IMG/VR virus record: IMGVR_UViG_3300009506_000003
Coordinates: 1-64,000 of that record
DNA length: 64,000 bases
Source: a virus
Reading direction: 5' to 3' (one strand)
A program made the translations under genes and the position numbers. The notes beneath the pieces were generated by a model. The model made no database searches, had not been told where the DNA came from, and worked only from the letters and a program-made list of their open reading frames with translations. Shown in pieces: positions 1 to 9,427 of the stretch (positions are counted from its first letter, which is position 1; every line of letters begins with the position of its first letter).

Positions 1-1347
1 GTACAAAGCGCTGCGCTGCAAGTCATCGGCCATCTTGAACCGTTTGTAGTGAACGGGGACGACCTCCCAGTCCATGAATGCCCCGATGGCAGGCATGATG
101 AAGTCGGTCACGAGCTGCTTGCGCTGGGTCTTTTGATCGAGGAAGTGGTTCTCCAAGATCCGCATTGAGACGTTGGACCCAGAGTATTGCATGCCGCCAT
201 AGACAAACTCGATGGGTACTCCCATGCCGGCGACGATCTGCTCGGACCACACTCGGTATTCCTGAGCAAGCATGAGCGCGCGGCCATCCCCGCCCAAAGT
301 CTGTTGCCCGACTGGGATGGGGAGAAGCGGTATGTAGTTGTTGTCGAGTCTCCAGCGAATGATCTCCTGCTCGATCTTGTCACGCCACTGGGTGAGGTTG
401 ACCGTGGAGTAGACGCTGGCTTCTGGGGAAGCGGTCTGCGGGAAGAGCAACCGGAGCGGAACAATATGCTCGACGGCGATGGCTTCCTGCGCCTTGCGGA
501 GAACCTGCAGGTAGAAGGTGTCCTTCAACACCGGCAGGATCATCGGCATGCCCCAGCCCTTGTCCTTCTGGGCAATGGTAGGCCGCTTCATGTGGTAGAT
601 GTTGTCACGACTGAAGAGCAGCGCTTTGTTCTTGCGCAGCGCCTCAATGAATACCTGAGGTACGCGCTCGATGATGTGCCGCTTCGACATCCGAATGTCG
701 TTCGCCATCGACGGAGGAATCGAGTAGTAGTACCGACTCTCTCCCGTGGCCTCGTTGTGCTGGATGGTGATGTACTCAGGGTTCCAGCGCACGAGTCGGA
801 TGTCTCTGATGGACCGGATGTAGTGGTCCCTCACCTTGAACTCGCCGTGGTGGCCACACTTCTGGCATTCACCGATGAACTTGTACTCTCGGAAGATGTA
901 CTTCTGCTTCTCGATGCGAGCGTGGTGATTGCAGCTCTTGCAGATGAGGAGCTTCTGAAACGGGAACGAGAGGGAGATGAATGCGTTCCCGTAGGTGTTG
1001 TAGTCCAAGCCCGCCTCGACCTCGAACTTCTTGAAGTTGAGGACGGCGCTGAAGAAACCCTCCCACTGCTGCCGCAGCGGGTCGTTTTCCGTGTCGAAGA
1101 TGAGATCAGTGACCGGGTACTCCGCCATCTTGGTGCAGACTGCGTTGATGAGCGGGTTGGTCATGAAGTAGTACCGGCACCACCGAAGCATCGTCTTGAA
1201 GCTGGTAGGCAAGTACGTGTGGGCGATGTCGAAGAACGGGGAGGGGTAACGGATGGCTCCGAGCGCCTCACTCGTCAGAGACCGGCCAGTGTTCCGCGAG
1301 AAGCGAAGCCCGCCGGCGGGCCCGTATGTCAGCGCATCCATTGTCAT
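1..1347 (-). CDS. Phage portal protein with Zn-ribbon insertion (runs off the window edge; not in the ORF track)
   Basis: Manual translation from ATG 1347 is open to base 1: MTMDALTYG...RWCRYYFMTNPLINAVCTKMAEYPV...LDYNTYGNAFI...CKSC...CQKC...IYHMKRP...GWGMPMI...IVAGMGVPIEFVYGGMQYSGSNVSMRILENHF. These are portal-type blocks. Confidence 0.8.
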   Translation of the reverse strand, partial: MTMDALTYGPAGGLRFSRNTGRSLTSEALGAIRYPSPFFDIAHTYLPTSFKTMLRWCRYYFMTNPLINAVCTKMAEYPVTDLIFDTENDPLRQQWEGFFSAVLNFKKFEVEAGLDYNTYGNAFISLSFPFQKLLICKSCNHHARIEKQKYIFREYKFIGECQKCGHHGEFKVRDHYIRSIRDIRLVRWNPEYITIQHNEATGESRYYYSIPPSMANDIRMSKRHIIERVPQVFIEALRKNKALLFSRDNIYHMKRPTIAQKDKGWGMPMILPVLKDTFYLQVLRKAQEAIAVEHIVPLRLLFPQTASPEASVYSTVNLTQWRDKIEQEIIRWRLDNNYIPLLPIPVGQQTLGGDGRALMLAQEYRVWSEQIVAGMGVPIEFVYGGMQYSGSNVSMRILENHFLDQKTQRKQLVTDFIMPAIGAFMDWEVVPVHYKRFKMADDLQRSALY

Positions 1348-1350
1348 GAT

Positions 1351-2298
1351 CTACCCGTAGTTTTTCTGGATCGCTGCCATCTGAGACGCAGCCTCCTCCG
1401 GAGACGGAGCGGACACCGCGGTAGGGACGTCTGCTCCAGCCCTGATTCTGTCAAGCACGCGACCCAGCCGGGACCCACCCTTCTCTGCCGCGTACCAAAG
1501 TCCCATCGCCGGCAAGAAACCCAGCCCGCCTCCTAGCACCATTCCCCCTGTGCTGCCTAGAAGTCCGAGACCACGCTCGAGCCCTGCCCCCTCGCCCGTG
1601 GGAGTGGCTTTCTGCGCCTCGAGGACGTGGGGGATCCCCATCGCGCCGAAGCCCACGGTCATACCCTTCTGACCCACAGGAAGGTATTTTGTGGCTCCCC
1701 CTAGACTCATGACTCCTGAGCCTCCGGCACCTGTCCATCCACGACGAGACAGCTCCTCAGCAATGGCTCTGGACTTGTTGATCAGTCCAGGAGTCTTTGC
1801 AGCTTCAGCCAGTGACATTCCGGGTTGAAGAATGTGCTGTCCCCCGGGATTCAACTTGCCGAGTGACTTTTCCACCTCACCGAGCTGCTTCTTGAGACTG
1901 CCAAGCTGAGCTTTGTTGCCTTGAGTCTTGGCGGCCTCCATCATCTTTTGAATGGTGCCCTTCTGTTTGGTGAGGGTTTGCACCCCTTCTGCGGCAGACG
2001 CGAATCCCATCGTGCCCGCATGGTGAGCCGCAGACTCCGCAGGAGAAGACAGCATCCAGCCTTTCTTTAGCCCTGCGAACGGATTGAAGAACCGCTCTCC
2101 TGCTTCACCTGTCTCTTTCAGAACACCAGTCGTGCCTCGTCCCACTTTGAGAGCGGCGTCGAGACCCAGTCGGGTAGGAGGCCGTAGCTTGCTCGCAACG
2201 AAAGATCCGATCTGCCCGATTCGCCCCCAGTTGACAGCCTCCTTGAGGAGCTCCTCCCCAAAGGCATCGAACATCTCGGGAGCTAGTGCGTCACCCAT
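1351..2298 (-). CDS. Gly/Ala-rich putative virion (internal or ejection) protein
   Basis: 315 aa next to the portal; N-terminal AFGEELLKEA motif and C-terminal glycine-zipper hydrophobic segment. Confidence 0.55.
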   Translation of the reverse strand: MGDALAPEMFDAFGEELLKEAVNWGRIGQIGSFVASKLRPPTRLGLDAALKVGRGTTGVLKETGEAGERFFNPFAGLKKGWMLSSPAESAAHHAGTMGFASAAEGVQTLTKQKGTIQKMMEAAKTQGNKAQLGSLKKQLGEVEKSLGKLNPGGQHILQPGMSLAEAAKTPGLINKSRAIAEELSRRGWTGAGGSGVMSLGGATKYLPVGQKGMTVGFGAMGIPHVLEAQKATPTGEGAGLERGLGLLGSTGGMVLGGGLGFLPAMGLWYAAEKGGSRLGRVLDRIRAGADVPTAVSAPSPEEAASQMAAIQKNYG

Positions 2299-3158
2299 GA
2301 CTTCAGCTCCTCAAGTTGGTCTGCGAGTTGTTGGTTTCTCAACAGCATGTACTCGTACGCTACCATGAGCTTGGACGCCTGAACATCCTCCGTGCGATCC
2401 TCGTCCAGGTCCATCTCGTTCTGGTCTTTGACCTTGAGCTCCTGGAACTTCTTCTTCACAGGCTCCGGGTCAAAGCGCAAGAACTTGTCGACGTTCCTAC
2501 CTGCGTCCTTCGGTACATGCTTCGAGGGCTTCTGGTTCAGCGGGTGCTCGTCGAGGTACCGCGCCGTGCAGAAATCACACCGACCATCAAGGTCGTCCGT
2601 GTCGATGTTCCCGCAGATGTTGCATCGGTACATCGGCTGCGACAACACTCTTTGGGCAAAATCCAATGGAGGAGGGAGGTAGGTAACTCCCTCGTCGAGT
2701 GAACACGCTGCAATGTATCGCTGGATTTCATCGCCAAACTCCTCCCTACGAACCGTGTTGGCGATGTCCACTCCTGCCATGAGCTGCGCCATAGTACAGC
2801 GCTGAGTGATGTCGAACCTCGGTACGTTATTGTTGAGCGCCTGAACGATCTTCTCGAAGATAGGCCACTCGGTCCAAAAGCCCACCGTCGTGGTCAGAGA
2901 TCGTATGGCTTGTATCTTCTGCCAGTTGTGCTCGCTGACTGAGGTCGCCTTGAACGTCCTGAGGATCTCAGTCTTGAGCGTGTCCGCTTCCCACTCCAAC
3001 CATTCAATGCCGAACTTCTCCATCAGCACGAACATCAAAGCGATGGGGTGGGCATCGTGGTAGCTGAAGAACCGAATGATCGGTTCGAGAGACGCTTGGA
3101 CGGGAGCGGGTGCCTTCGTCACGTCCAAGCCCCATTTTACGAGGCTTGGTTCCATCAA
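2283..3158 (-). CDS. Hypothetical phage protein with CxxC...CxxC Zn ribbon
   Basis: 291-aa ORF coupled to its neighbours; CNIC...CDFC. Confidence 0.7.
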   Translation of the reverse strand: MMEPSLVKWGLDVTKAPAPVQASLEPIIRFFSYHDAHPIALMFVLMEKFGIEWLEWEADTLKTEILRTFKATSVSEHNWQKIQAIRSLTTTVGFWTEWPIFEKIVQALNNNVPRFDITQRCTMAQLMAGVDIANTVRREEFGDEIQRYIAACSLDEGVTYLPPPLDFAQRVLSQPMYRCNICGNIDTDDLDGRCDFCTARYLDEHPLNQKPSKHVPKDAGRNVDKFLRFDPEPVKKKFQELKVKDQNEMDLDEDRTEDVQASKLMVAYEYMLLRNQQLADQLEELKSWVTH

Positions 3159-5212
3159 AGCGCCGCCTTCTGCTCCTCGTAACCGGACTCAGATTGGCCG
3201 AGCGAGTCAGAGTCGTTTGCCATGCGAGCCAGAATCTTCTTCATCGGATCCGGCATCGACTTAAAGATGCCCACCGGGTCCTTCTTGAACTCGTGGGCCA
3301 TGTCATCCGTGAACTCCGCGGTGACCTTGTCGGTGTGGTTCTCGGCCAAGTTCTTGAGTGACCTGTCGGTCACTCGGTCAGCCCCGTGCTCCCACACCAC
3401 CTCGGCAGTCTTGTCGATGCCGAACGTGGACGCCCAGGGATCCAAGATCACCCGGTCCCACCCTCGGTCGAGACCCTGCTCCACATCGAAGCGGCGCAGG
3501 CACTCAGCATAAGTGCTCGGCTCGAGGCTGGCGTGCTTCTCGAAGAGCTCGTCGAGGAACTCGCGCGCCTGGCCAGGAGCACACGCCGTCTTTCGCATCT
3601 CCACCGCTGCTTTCAAGTGCCCGGAAGCGGCGTAGGTCACCGCGCCTGCCTCGAAGATGTCCGCGTCCAGTGGATAGCCAATGGTGTACGCCTTGGCTGC
3701 GAGCTTGGTGGCGAACTGCCGACGAATCTCCGGCTGCATCCGGATGCCTTCCTCGTTGTAGTAGACTTCAGCCTTCTTCACGAGGTCCCACGAACTGATC
3801 GGGTAGTGACGGCTGCCATCAGGGAGGACCACCGCGTAGTCATCGTTGCTGAGCGGACGGGCTACCTTGACTTTGGGTGCCGGTCTTTGACCTGTGATGT
3901 CGACCATGGATTTCTTCTCCTTGTTTCCAAAAGACCTGAGAGCATCCCCAAGTCCTCGGCCGGTGAGACCTCCTGTGCCCCCACCAATAGCACTACCGAT
4001 CATGGTACCCAAAAGAGCACCTCCTGCTACCTGCTGGACAGTCTTCTCGGTCACTGCTTCCGCGGCAGGAGTACCCGTCAGAACCTTCTTGAGGACAGGG
4101 GCTGCCCGTGCAGCGCTGCCTGCTACAGCTCCTGCCGCGCCTCCCATCAGACCTGCTGCCGCCCCAAACATCATGCCCTTGCCCCGATCCTTGTCGCCGG
4201 CGGCCATCCCGCCGACCCCAGCACCGATCAATCCAGCACCGAGGGGCACTAGGGCCAACGCCTTTGCAGTCGACAAGGCCACCTTCTCGAGAATGGCTGG
4301 AGGGGTGATCTCGAATCGACGACATGCGTCGACGAGATTCGAAGCTGCCAGTTTCTGAGCTCCCTCAGGGAGCTTGTCCCCATGCTCGAGGAAGTAGATA
4401 ACCGACATGGCCGTGGTCCCCGGGTTGTGACAGGCGAACTTCCGAAGGACGTTTCCACTGTCGACGGCTACCAGGGCGAAGTCTTCGTGGGCCAGCTTCT
4501 CCTTCGGCAGGATGCGGGCCTCTTTGATGATCGCCGGGAGCACCGCTGGGGTTGGGAACTTGCCCTTCAGGGTCTCGCCCTTGTCATCGTACCAGTCGAG
4601 AACAACGCCGGCGTACTTGTTGAGGACAGGAGAAGCGGCCTTCTTCAAAGCCTTGGTTGCTGGCTTCTGCTCACGCTTGTCCTTGCCGAACAGTGCACCT
4701 GCCCCAAGACCAAGAGCTGCACCACCTCCAATGGATTTCAAGTAGCCTGGCCCCAAAGCTCGTCCACCCAACCCTCCAAGAGCTCCAGCAAGCATGCCGC
4801 GACCAGCTCCGAGTCGAGGGTCGTCGTGGGTAGCGCCACCAAGGGCACCTGTTGCCGCACCGGCAGCCATGCCAGGGGCAACCTGTTTGGCGAAGCTGGT
4901 GAGATGACGGATGCCCTCTTGCTTCCCGAGCTCACTGAAAGCTCTCGCTTCCTCTTGAGCCTTGCTGCTGAGATTGCCCAGCTCAGCCTGAGCCTGAGAG
5001 CTGAGGTTCTTCAGCTCCTGTTTCGCACCGGCTCCCGCCTCACCGATGCCAGACTTGACGTTCTGACCTACCCAACGACCTGGGGCAGTGCTCACACTGT
5101 GAAGCACGTCCTTGGCTTTCTGCCCGACGGCTCCGCCTTTGGCTCTCAACATGGTGAGGAGCTCTTGGATCTTCTGCCCTGCGGCGGCCTGCTTGAGTTG
5201 TTCCTCGGTCAT
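3155..5212 (-). CDS. Large putative virion/head protein with two glycine-zipper regions and repeated KxA motifs
   Basis: 685 aa with GAGGTG RBS; GxxxG arrays; motifs KQAA, KKAAS, KYAG, EKVAL, KTAC, EKHAS, DKTAE. Confidence 0.6.
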   Translation of the reverse strand: MTEEQLKQAAAGQKIQELLTMLRAKGGAVGQKAKDVLHSVSTAPGRWVGQNVKSGIGEAGAGAKQELKNLSSQAQAELGNLSSKAQEEARAFSELGKQEGIRHLTSFAKQVAPGMAAGAATGALGGATHDDPRLGAGRGMLAGALGGLGGRALGPGYLKSIGGGAALGLGAGALFGKDKREQKPATKALKKAASPVLNKYAGVVLDWYDDKGETLKGKFPTPAVLPAIIKEARILPKEKLAHEDFALVAVDSGNVLRKFACHNPGTTAMSVIYFLEHGDKLPEGAQKLAASNLVDACRRFEITPPAILEKVALSTAKALALVPLGAGLIGAGVGGMAAGDKDRGKGMMFGAAAGLMGGAAGAVAGSAARAAPVLKKVLTGTPAAEAVTEKTVQQVAGGALLGTMIGSAIGGGTGGLTGRGLGDALRSFGNKEKKSMVDITGQRPAPKVKVARPLSNDDYAVVLPDGSRHYPISSWDLVKKAEVYYNEEGIRMQPEIRRQFATKLAAKAYTIGYPLDADIFEAGAVTYAASGHLKAAVEMRKTACAPGQAREFLDELFEKHASLEPSTYAECLRRFDVEQGLDRGWDRVILDPWASTFGIDKTAEVVWEHGADRVTDRSLKNLAENHTDKVTAEFTDDMAHEFKKDPVGIFKSMPDPMKKILARMANDSDSLGQSESGYEEQKAAL

Positions 5213-5328
5213 CGTGTCACCTCATGGAATACGTAACGATGCTGGCCTCCTAGAGTCAACCGAAAATCCTTCTGATTCCCCGTCATAAGAGTCTCGAACA
5301 AAAACCCTGAGACTCCGGAGGTTAGCCC
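5213..5328. promoter_or_regulatory. Divergent intergenic control region between the head and replication modules
   Basis: Non-coding gap between divergent blocks. It contains the inverted repeat GAGTCTC...GAGACTC just before the GGAGG RBS of 5329, and TTGACT on the minus strand. Confidence 0.5.
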
Positions 5329-5823
5329 ATGAACGAAAATGAAGACAGCTTGATCAGCCAATGTCTGAACGGCGAGCGCACGCCTGATTGCGACTACTGC
5401 CCTGCGCAGCCGCAGAAAGGAGGAGGATGTTGTTTTGGTCTTCGCCATGAGTACAACGATTCTGACTGCCTTGCCTGTCACCTCGAAGATGAATGCCGTC
5501 CTCTAACACACGGGTACGCAAGAAGCGACCCGCGCGTGTCTACTCCTCGCATCATATACCCTGGGAGACGCCCAGCGAATACCCAAGGTAGTCCGAGGAT
5601 CCGCGTCAACACGGGAGCACAAAGACCATCTCGTCCACTCCACGAAGCTGGTCCTCTTCCTGGTGAGCCACTACTTGCTCAGCAACCCGTCGAGCCAGAG
5701 CCCATCGTCCTGAATCCCAAAGACAACCTCTTCACCCGCTTCTTGAAGGTCGGTGCATGGGGAGCTGGAGAGGGATTCTTCGAGATGGGTCTCAACTTTT
5801 TCAGAAAACGTAGACCGGAGTGA
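5329..5823 (+). CDS. Cys-rich (metal-binding) hypothetical protein, first gene of the replication operon
   Basis: GGAGG RBS; CDYC...CCFG...CLAC...EC; C-terminal amphipathic segment. Confidence 0.7.
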   Translation: MNENEDSLISQCLNGERTPDCDYCPAQPQKGGGCCFGLRHEYNDSDCLACHLEDECRPLTHGYARSDPRVSTPRIIYPGRRPANTQGSPRIRVNTGAQRPSRPLHEAGPLPGEPLLAQQPVEPEPIVLNPKDNLFTRFLKVGAWGAGEGFFEMGLNFFRKRRPE

Positions 5824-5848
5824 CCTACATAGATTATATGGGGTAGCG

Positions 5849-6265
5849 ATGGCAGTGCATCTATTCCACCTGAAGCTGACCGAGCTGCGGCAGCGGTCCC
5901 GTTGGCCTGACCAAGATGACTTCGCAGACGCAGCAGGGCTCAGCTATGGGGGCTACAAGAAGTACGAGAACGGGACACGCATCCCCAGCGCTGATGTCCT
6001 TCAAACGATCTGTCTGGTGCTGAAGCTCAACGAGGCTGACGCCGAGGAGCTCTGGTCCTTGAGAGACGATGCGAAGGCTAAGCAGGTGGGAATCTCACGC
6101 CCGTTCGGACTTGGTCCATCGGTTGACTCCGAAGCGCTGGCAAAGAAGATCCAGAACGAGGTCACCTACATTCTCAAACAGGATGGCCTTGTGGTGCCGA
6201 CTCGCCTATCGAGTGTTCTCGAAAAGCGCATCGGGATGATCCTCAAGTCAGCCCTCGGAGCATGA
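5849..6265 (+). CDS. XRE-family helix-turn-helix regulator
   Basis: LTELRQRSRWPDQDDFADAAGLSYGGYKKYENGTRIPSADVLQTICLVL is an HTH_3/XRE pattern; start placed at ATG 5849. Confidence 0.85.
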   Translation: MAVHLFHLKLTELRQRSRWPDQDDFADAAGLSYGGYKKYENGTRIPSADVLQTICLVLKLNEADAEELWSLRDDAKAKQVGISRPFGLGPSVDSEALAKKIQNEVTYILKQDGLVVPTRLSSVLEKRIGMILKSALGA

Positions 6266-6266
6266 G

Positions 6267-7676
6267 ATGAAGACGCTCAAGTACTTCCCCAAAGAAGATG
6301 ACAAGGCGTACGTGACGAACAACCTGCTTCTCCCGAAGCGGTTCATCAACTCCGCAGTCATCAAAGCGGCCCTCACGTTTCAGTTGAACGATGAGGAGCC
6401 GGTCATCGACGAGGATACTGGCGAAGTAGTCGGCGTCAGGCCGAAGATGCTTCGAATGTGGGATGAGAACCAGACGCACCTCATCGTGCCTCTCCGGTTC
6501 ATCCACCATGACCAGTACCCAGATTTCAGATGCGAGTTCGTCCACGTGCCAACTCCCAGGTACGAGAACGTTCGCATCGACGACCACATCATCCTTCGGG
6601 ACGAGGAGCAACAGGCAGCCTACGACGCCTTGCTGAGCCACACCTGCGGCACGCTGAACCTCTCCTGCGGGAAGGGGAAGACCGTCATCGCTCTCAAAGC
6701 AGCGGCGGCGTTCAAGGTGCCCACCATCATCGTAGTCAACACGACTGCTCTGCTAGAGCAGTGGAAAGAGGAGATCGCTCGCCACCTCGGGGTGGATAGC
6801 GTAGGAGTCTTGCAGGGTACGAATCACGACTGGCGATTCCATCCCATTGTGTTGGCCATGGTCCACACCCTCTCAAACAGGAGGGACTCTTGGCCCATGG
6901 ACTTCAGAAGAAGGTTCGGTCTGGTTCTGTACGACGAGGGGCACCACATGAGCGCCCCCGTCTTCGTCCAGAGCGCCGACCTCTTCTACGGCAAGCGGTT
7001 CTCCTTGACCGCCACTGCTCAGCGGACTGACGGCCTCGAGGTGGTCTACCAGTACCACCTGGGGCGCGTCATTCACTCGAACCTGTCTCAAGACCTGATA
7101 CCCCGCACGGTCTTCCACGTCCTGAAATGGACGATGCCGTATGGGGATAAGGGACAGGTCACAGACCGTAACGGGGACGTTAACACCCCGAAGGTACGGA
7201 CGTACTTGGGTCGGCTTGCCTGGCGCAACCGTCTCATATACGACCATCTGCTCTCTGACCTACAGGAGGGGCGGCAGATTCTGGTACTCAGCCACAGCGT
7301 CGAGCATGTCGAGAACTTGCAGGAGTACCTGAGCGGAATGGGAGCCGGGATGATCACGGGTGCCACACCGCAGGAAAGCCGAATGGCAATCTTGAGGAAC
7401 AGCAACCCGATCTTCGGCACCTTCCAGCTCGCGCGTGAAGGGCTGAACAAGCCCTCTCTCGACACTCTTTACGTCGTCACTCCGTTTAGCAATTCGAACG
7501 ACTTGCAGCAGTCGTGGGGACGTATCCAACGACAGTACGAGAACAAGATGCCACCTTTGGTGCGGGTCTTTGAAGACACCGCGTTCTCGTGCTGCACAAA
7601 ATCATGCAGCAGCCTTCGCCGCGTGCTGCGAGAGTTCAACTACCCGTTCGACCGGGAGATCACACTGGAGGAATAA
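6267..7676 (+). CDS. Superfamily 2 (DExH, SSL2/UvsW-like) helicase
   Basis: Walker A SCGKGKT, DEGH, TAT motif III, REGLN motif V, QSWGRIQR motif VI. Confidence 0.92.
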   Translation: MKTLKYFPKEDDKAYVTNNLLLPKRFINSAVIKAALTFQLNDEEPVIDEDTGEVVGVRPKMLRMWDENQTHLIVPLRFIHHDQYPDFRCEFVHVPTPRYENVRIDDHIILRDEEQQAAYDALLSHTCGTLNLSCGKGKTVIALKAAAAFKVPTIIVVNTTALLEQWKEEIARHLGVDSVGVLQGTNHDWRFHPIVLAMVHTLSNRRDSWPMDFRRRFGLVLYDEGHHMSAPVFVQSADLFYGKRFSLTATAQRTDGLEVVYQYHLGRVIHSNLSQDLIPRTVFHVLKWTMPYGDKGQVTDRNGDVNTPKVRTYLGRLAWRNRLIYDHLLSDLQEGRQILVLSHSVEHVENLQEYLSGMGAGMITGATPQESRMAILRNSNPIFGTFQLAREGLNKPSLDTLYVVTPFSNSNDLQQSWGRIQRQYENKMPPLVRVFEDTAFSCCTKSCSSLRRVLREFNYPFDREITLEE

Positions 7677-8102
7677 ATGGAAGACCTGAACTGGGACCGC
7701 ATGGTGGTAGTTACCGCCGTGCATGGAGAGAGATTCCACGGGTGGGTCCCAATGAGCAAAGGTGACCCACACGAGTACCTCGCGGACTGCGCCAGCAAAG
7801 GCAGACCCGCCGAGATCCACAACGTCCGGAACCTGATTGGCCACAAAGAGCCAAAGTTGGACGCGATGGGGAACTTCGTCGGAATGGCAAGCATGATGTC
7901 GCTCATGGCCATCGACATGTTCCCTGAAGCCATGCCCACGTACCACATCATCCCTTCCTGTTGGTACTTCCCAACGGAGAACGATGGGGCCAAGAAGCCA
8001 ATGAAGGCTCTCATCGACAACGCCGAACAGAACGAGGTGAGGAACAGGGCCATCGCCGCCGGCATCACTCCTGCAGGGCCAGTGCCCAGAGGTGGACACT
8101 GA
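7677..8102 (+). CDS. Hypothetical protein
   Basis: GGAGG RBS; 141 aa, coupled to both neighbours. Confidence 0.7.
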   Translation: MEDLNWDRMVVVTAVHGERFHGWVPMSKGDPHEYLADCASKGRPAEIHNVRNLIGHKEPKLDAMGNFVGMASMMSLMAIDMFPEAMPTYHIIPSCWYFPTENDGAKKPMKALIDNAEQNEVRNRAIAAGITPAGPVPRGGH

Positions 8103-8857
8103 TGGATTTGTGGTCCAGGGAAGGGAAGGAGGAACAGCTACAAGTACTGGCAGAGAAGTGGAAAGACTGTCCAAGATGCGCGCTCGGGGAAGGGAGAGAG
8201 CACGTCGTCTTTGGGCAGGGAAACCCTGACGCCAGGCTCCTGTTCATAGGGGAAGCCCCCGGGGAAGATGAGGACAAGACCGGACTCGCGTTCATCGGAG
8301 AGTCGGGAAACCTCCTCAAGGCCTTGGTCAACAAAGCCGGCCTGGATTGGAACGACATCTACATCACCAACATCGTAGGCTGTCGACCTCCAAAGAACAG
8401 GGATCCAAATACGACCGAACGTGATGCGTGCCTGGAACGTGTTCACACCATCATTTACATCGTGGATCCCTGGATTGTGGTTCCTGTCGGGAAGTTCGCG
8501 TTGAAGTCCCTGGCTCGTGGGAGAGACTGGGCGATCACGGACAACCACGGAGTCGTGTTCAGTAGTCCACACCCAAGCGCCAAGCATTCCGGGGACCGGA
8601 ATAGCGTCGAGGTCATTGGGCACGTGTTCCCTCGAACAGGGGACGACAAAAAGAAGCACATCCTGGAGTACGAGATGATCCCCATCTTGCACCCCGCCTT
8701 CCTGCTCAGAGAGGATGGCTTCGACATTGAGAAGCAAAAGAAGTTCCAAGCTGGGGGTTGGACCAAGCAAACGCTGACCGACCTCCTCAACATCAAAACG
8801 TACCTCAACGCGCTCGAAAAAGAGTACGCGGCGGTGCCTCAGCTCACAGGGAGATAG
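8102..8857 (+). CDS. udg: Uracil-DNA glycosylase family 4 (Fe-S)
   Basis: CPRCAL, VFGQGNPDARLLFIGEAPGEDED, ITNIVGCRPP..RDP..E..AC, ILHPAFLLR. Confidence 0.93.
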   Translation: MDLWSREGKEEQLQVLAEKWKDCPRCALGEGREHVVFGQGNPDARLLFIGEAPGEDEDKTGLAFIGESGNLLKALVNKAGLDWNDIYITNIVGCRPPKNRDPNTTERDACLERVHTIIYIVDPWIVVPVGKFALKSLARGRDWAITDNHGVVFSSPHPSAKHSGDRNSVEVIGHVFPRTGDDKKKHILEYEMIPILHPAFLLREDGFDIEKQKKFQAGGWTKQTLTDLLNIKTYLNALEKEYAAVPQLTGR

Positions 8858-8859
8858 AC

Positions 8860-9417
8860 ATGCCAAGACCAACCATCAAGACGGGTGGTGCCCCACAGAA
8901 GGAAAAGCCGAAGCCTGCGGGGCTTCCCAAGCCCAGGGCGAAGCCGAAGCCTGACGTGAATGCAGACCTGGCCTCCGCCCAGCGCGCAGTCCAAGAGTTC
9001 GAGACCCAGCACAGGATGCTGGTGGAGATGAAGCAGGATTGGGACAACAACTTCCCAGAAGCCCGACTGGCTCTCGAGGACATCCGTCGTCAAGAGGACA
9101 TGGTCCAAGACGCCATCAAGAAGGCGAAGCCTCTGGTCGCCAAGTGCAAAGAGACTGTTGGGGACTTCAAAGCCCAACGGAAGTTCAGCAAGCCGCACTA
9201 CGACCCGGAAGAGGTCACTCGTCTGGTCACCGAGCTCGAGAACGGGCTGGTCATCTTCGAGGAGATGCTCGACAGTGGCATCGTCAAGGTCATCGACCTG
9301 GACAAGGACGCCGCCCTGGCCTGGTTCGCCCAACGTCCGGACTACTCCGAGGCGTTCAACTCGGCGTTCAAGCCAGAAGAGGAAATGACCACGGCCGTCA
9401 CGGTCCCCAAGGTCTAA
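8860..9417 (+). CDS. Hypothetical coiled-coil protein with basic N-terminal tail (possibly Gam/Gp157-like)
   Basis: GGAGA RBS and ATG 8860; Lys/Pro-rich N-terminus followed by a coiled coil. The family assignment is weak. Confidence 0.6.
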   Translation: MPRPTIKTGGAPQKEKPKPAGLPKPRAKPKPDVNADLASAQRAVQEFETQHRMLVEMKQDWDNNFPEARLALEDIRRQEDMVQDAIKKAKPLVAKCKETVGDFKAQRKFSKPHYDPEEVTRLVTELENGLVIFEEMLDSGIVKVIDLDKDAALAWFAQRPDYSEAFNSAFKPEEEMTTAVTVPKV

Positions 9418-9427
9418 GGGGGCTGAC

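Noticed and set aside
187-1536. 449-aa + strand ORF and other long antisense ORFs (e.g. 12924-13910, 35836-37179, 60591-61472)
   Set aside because: These are shadow frames of real opposite-strand genes, common in GC-rich DNA, and they carry no recognisable motifs.
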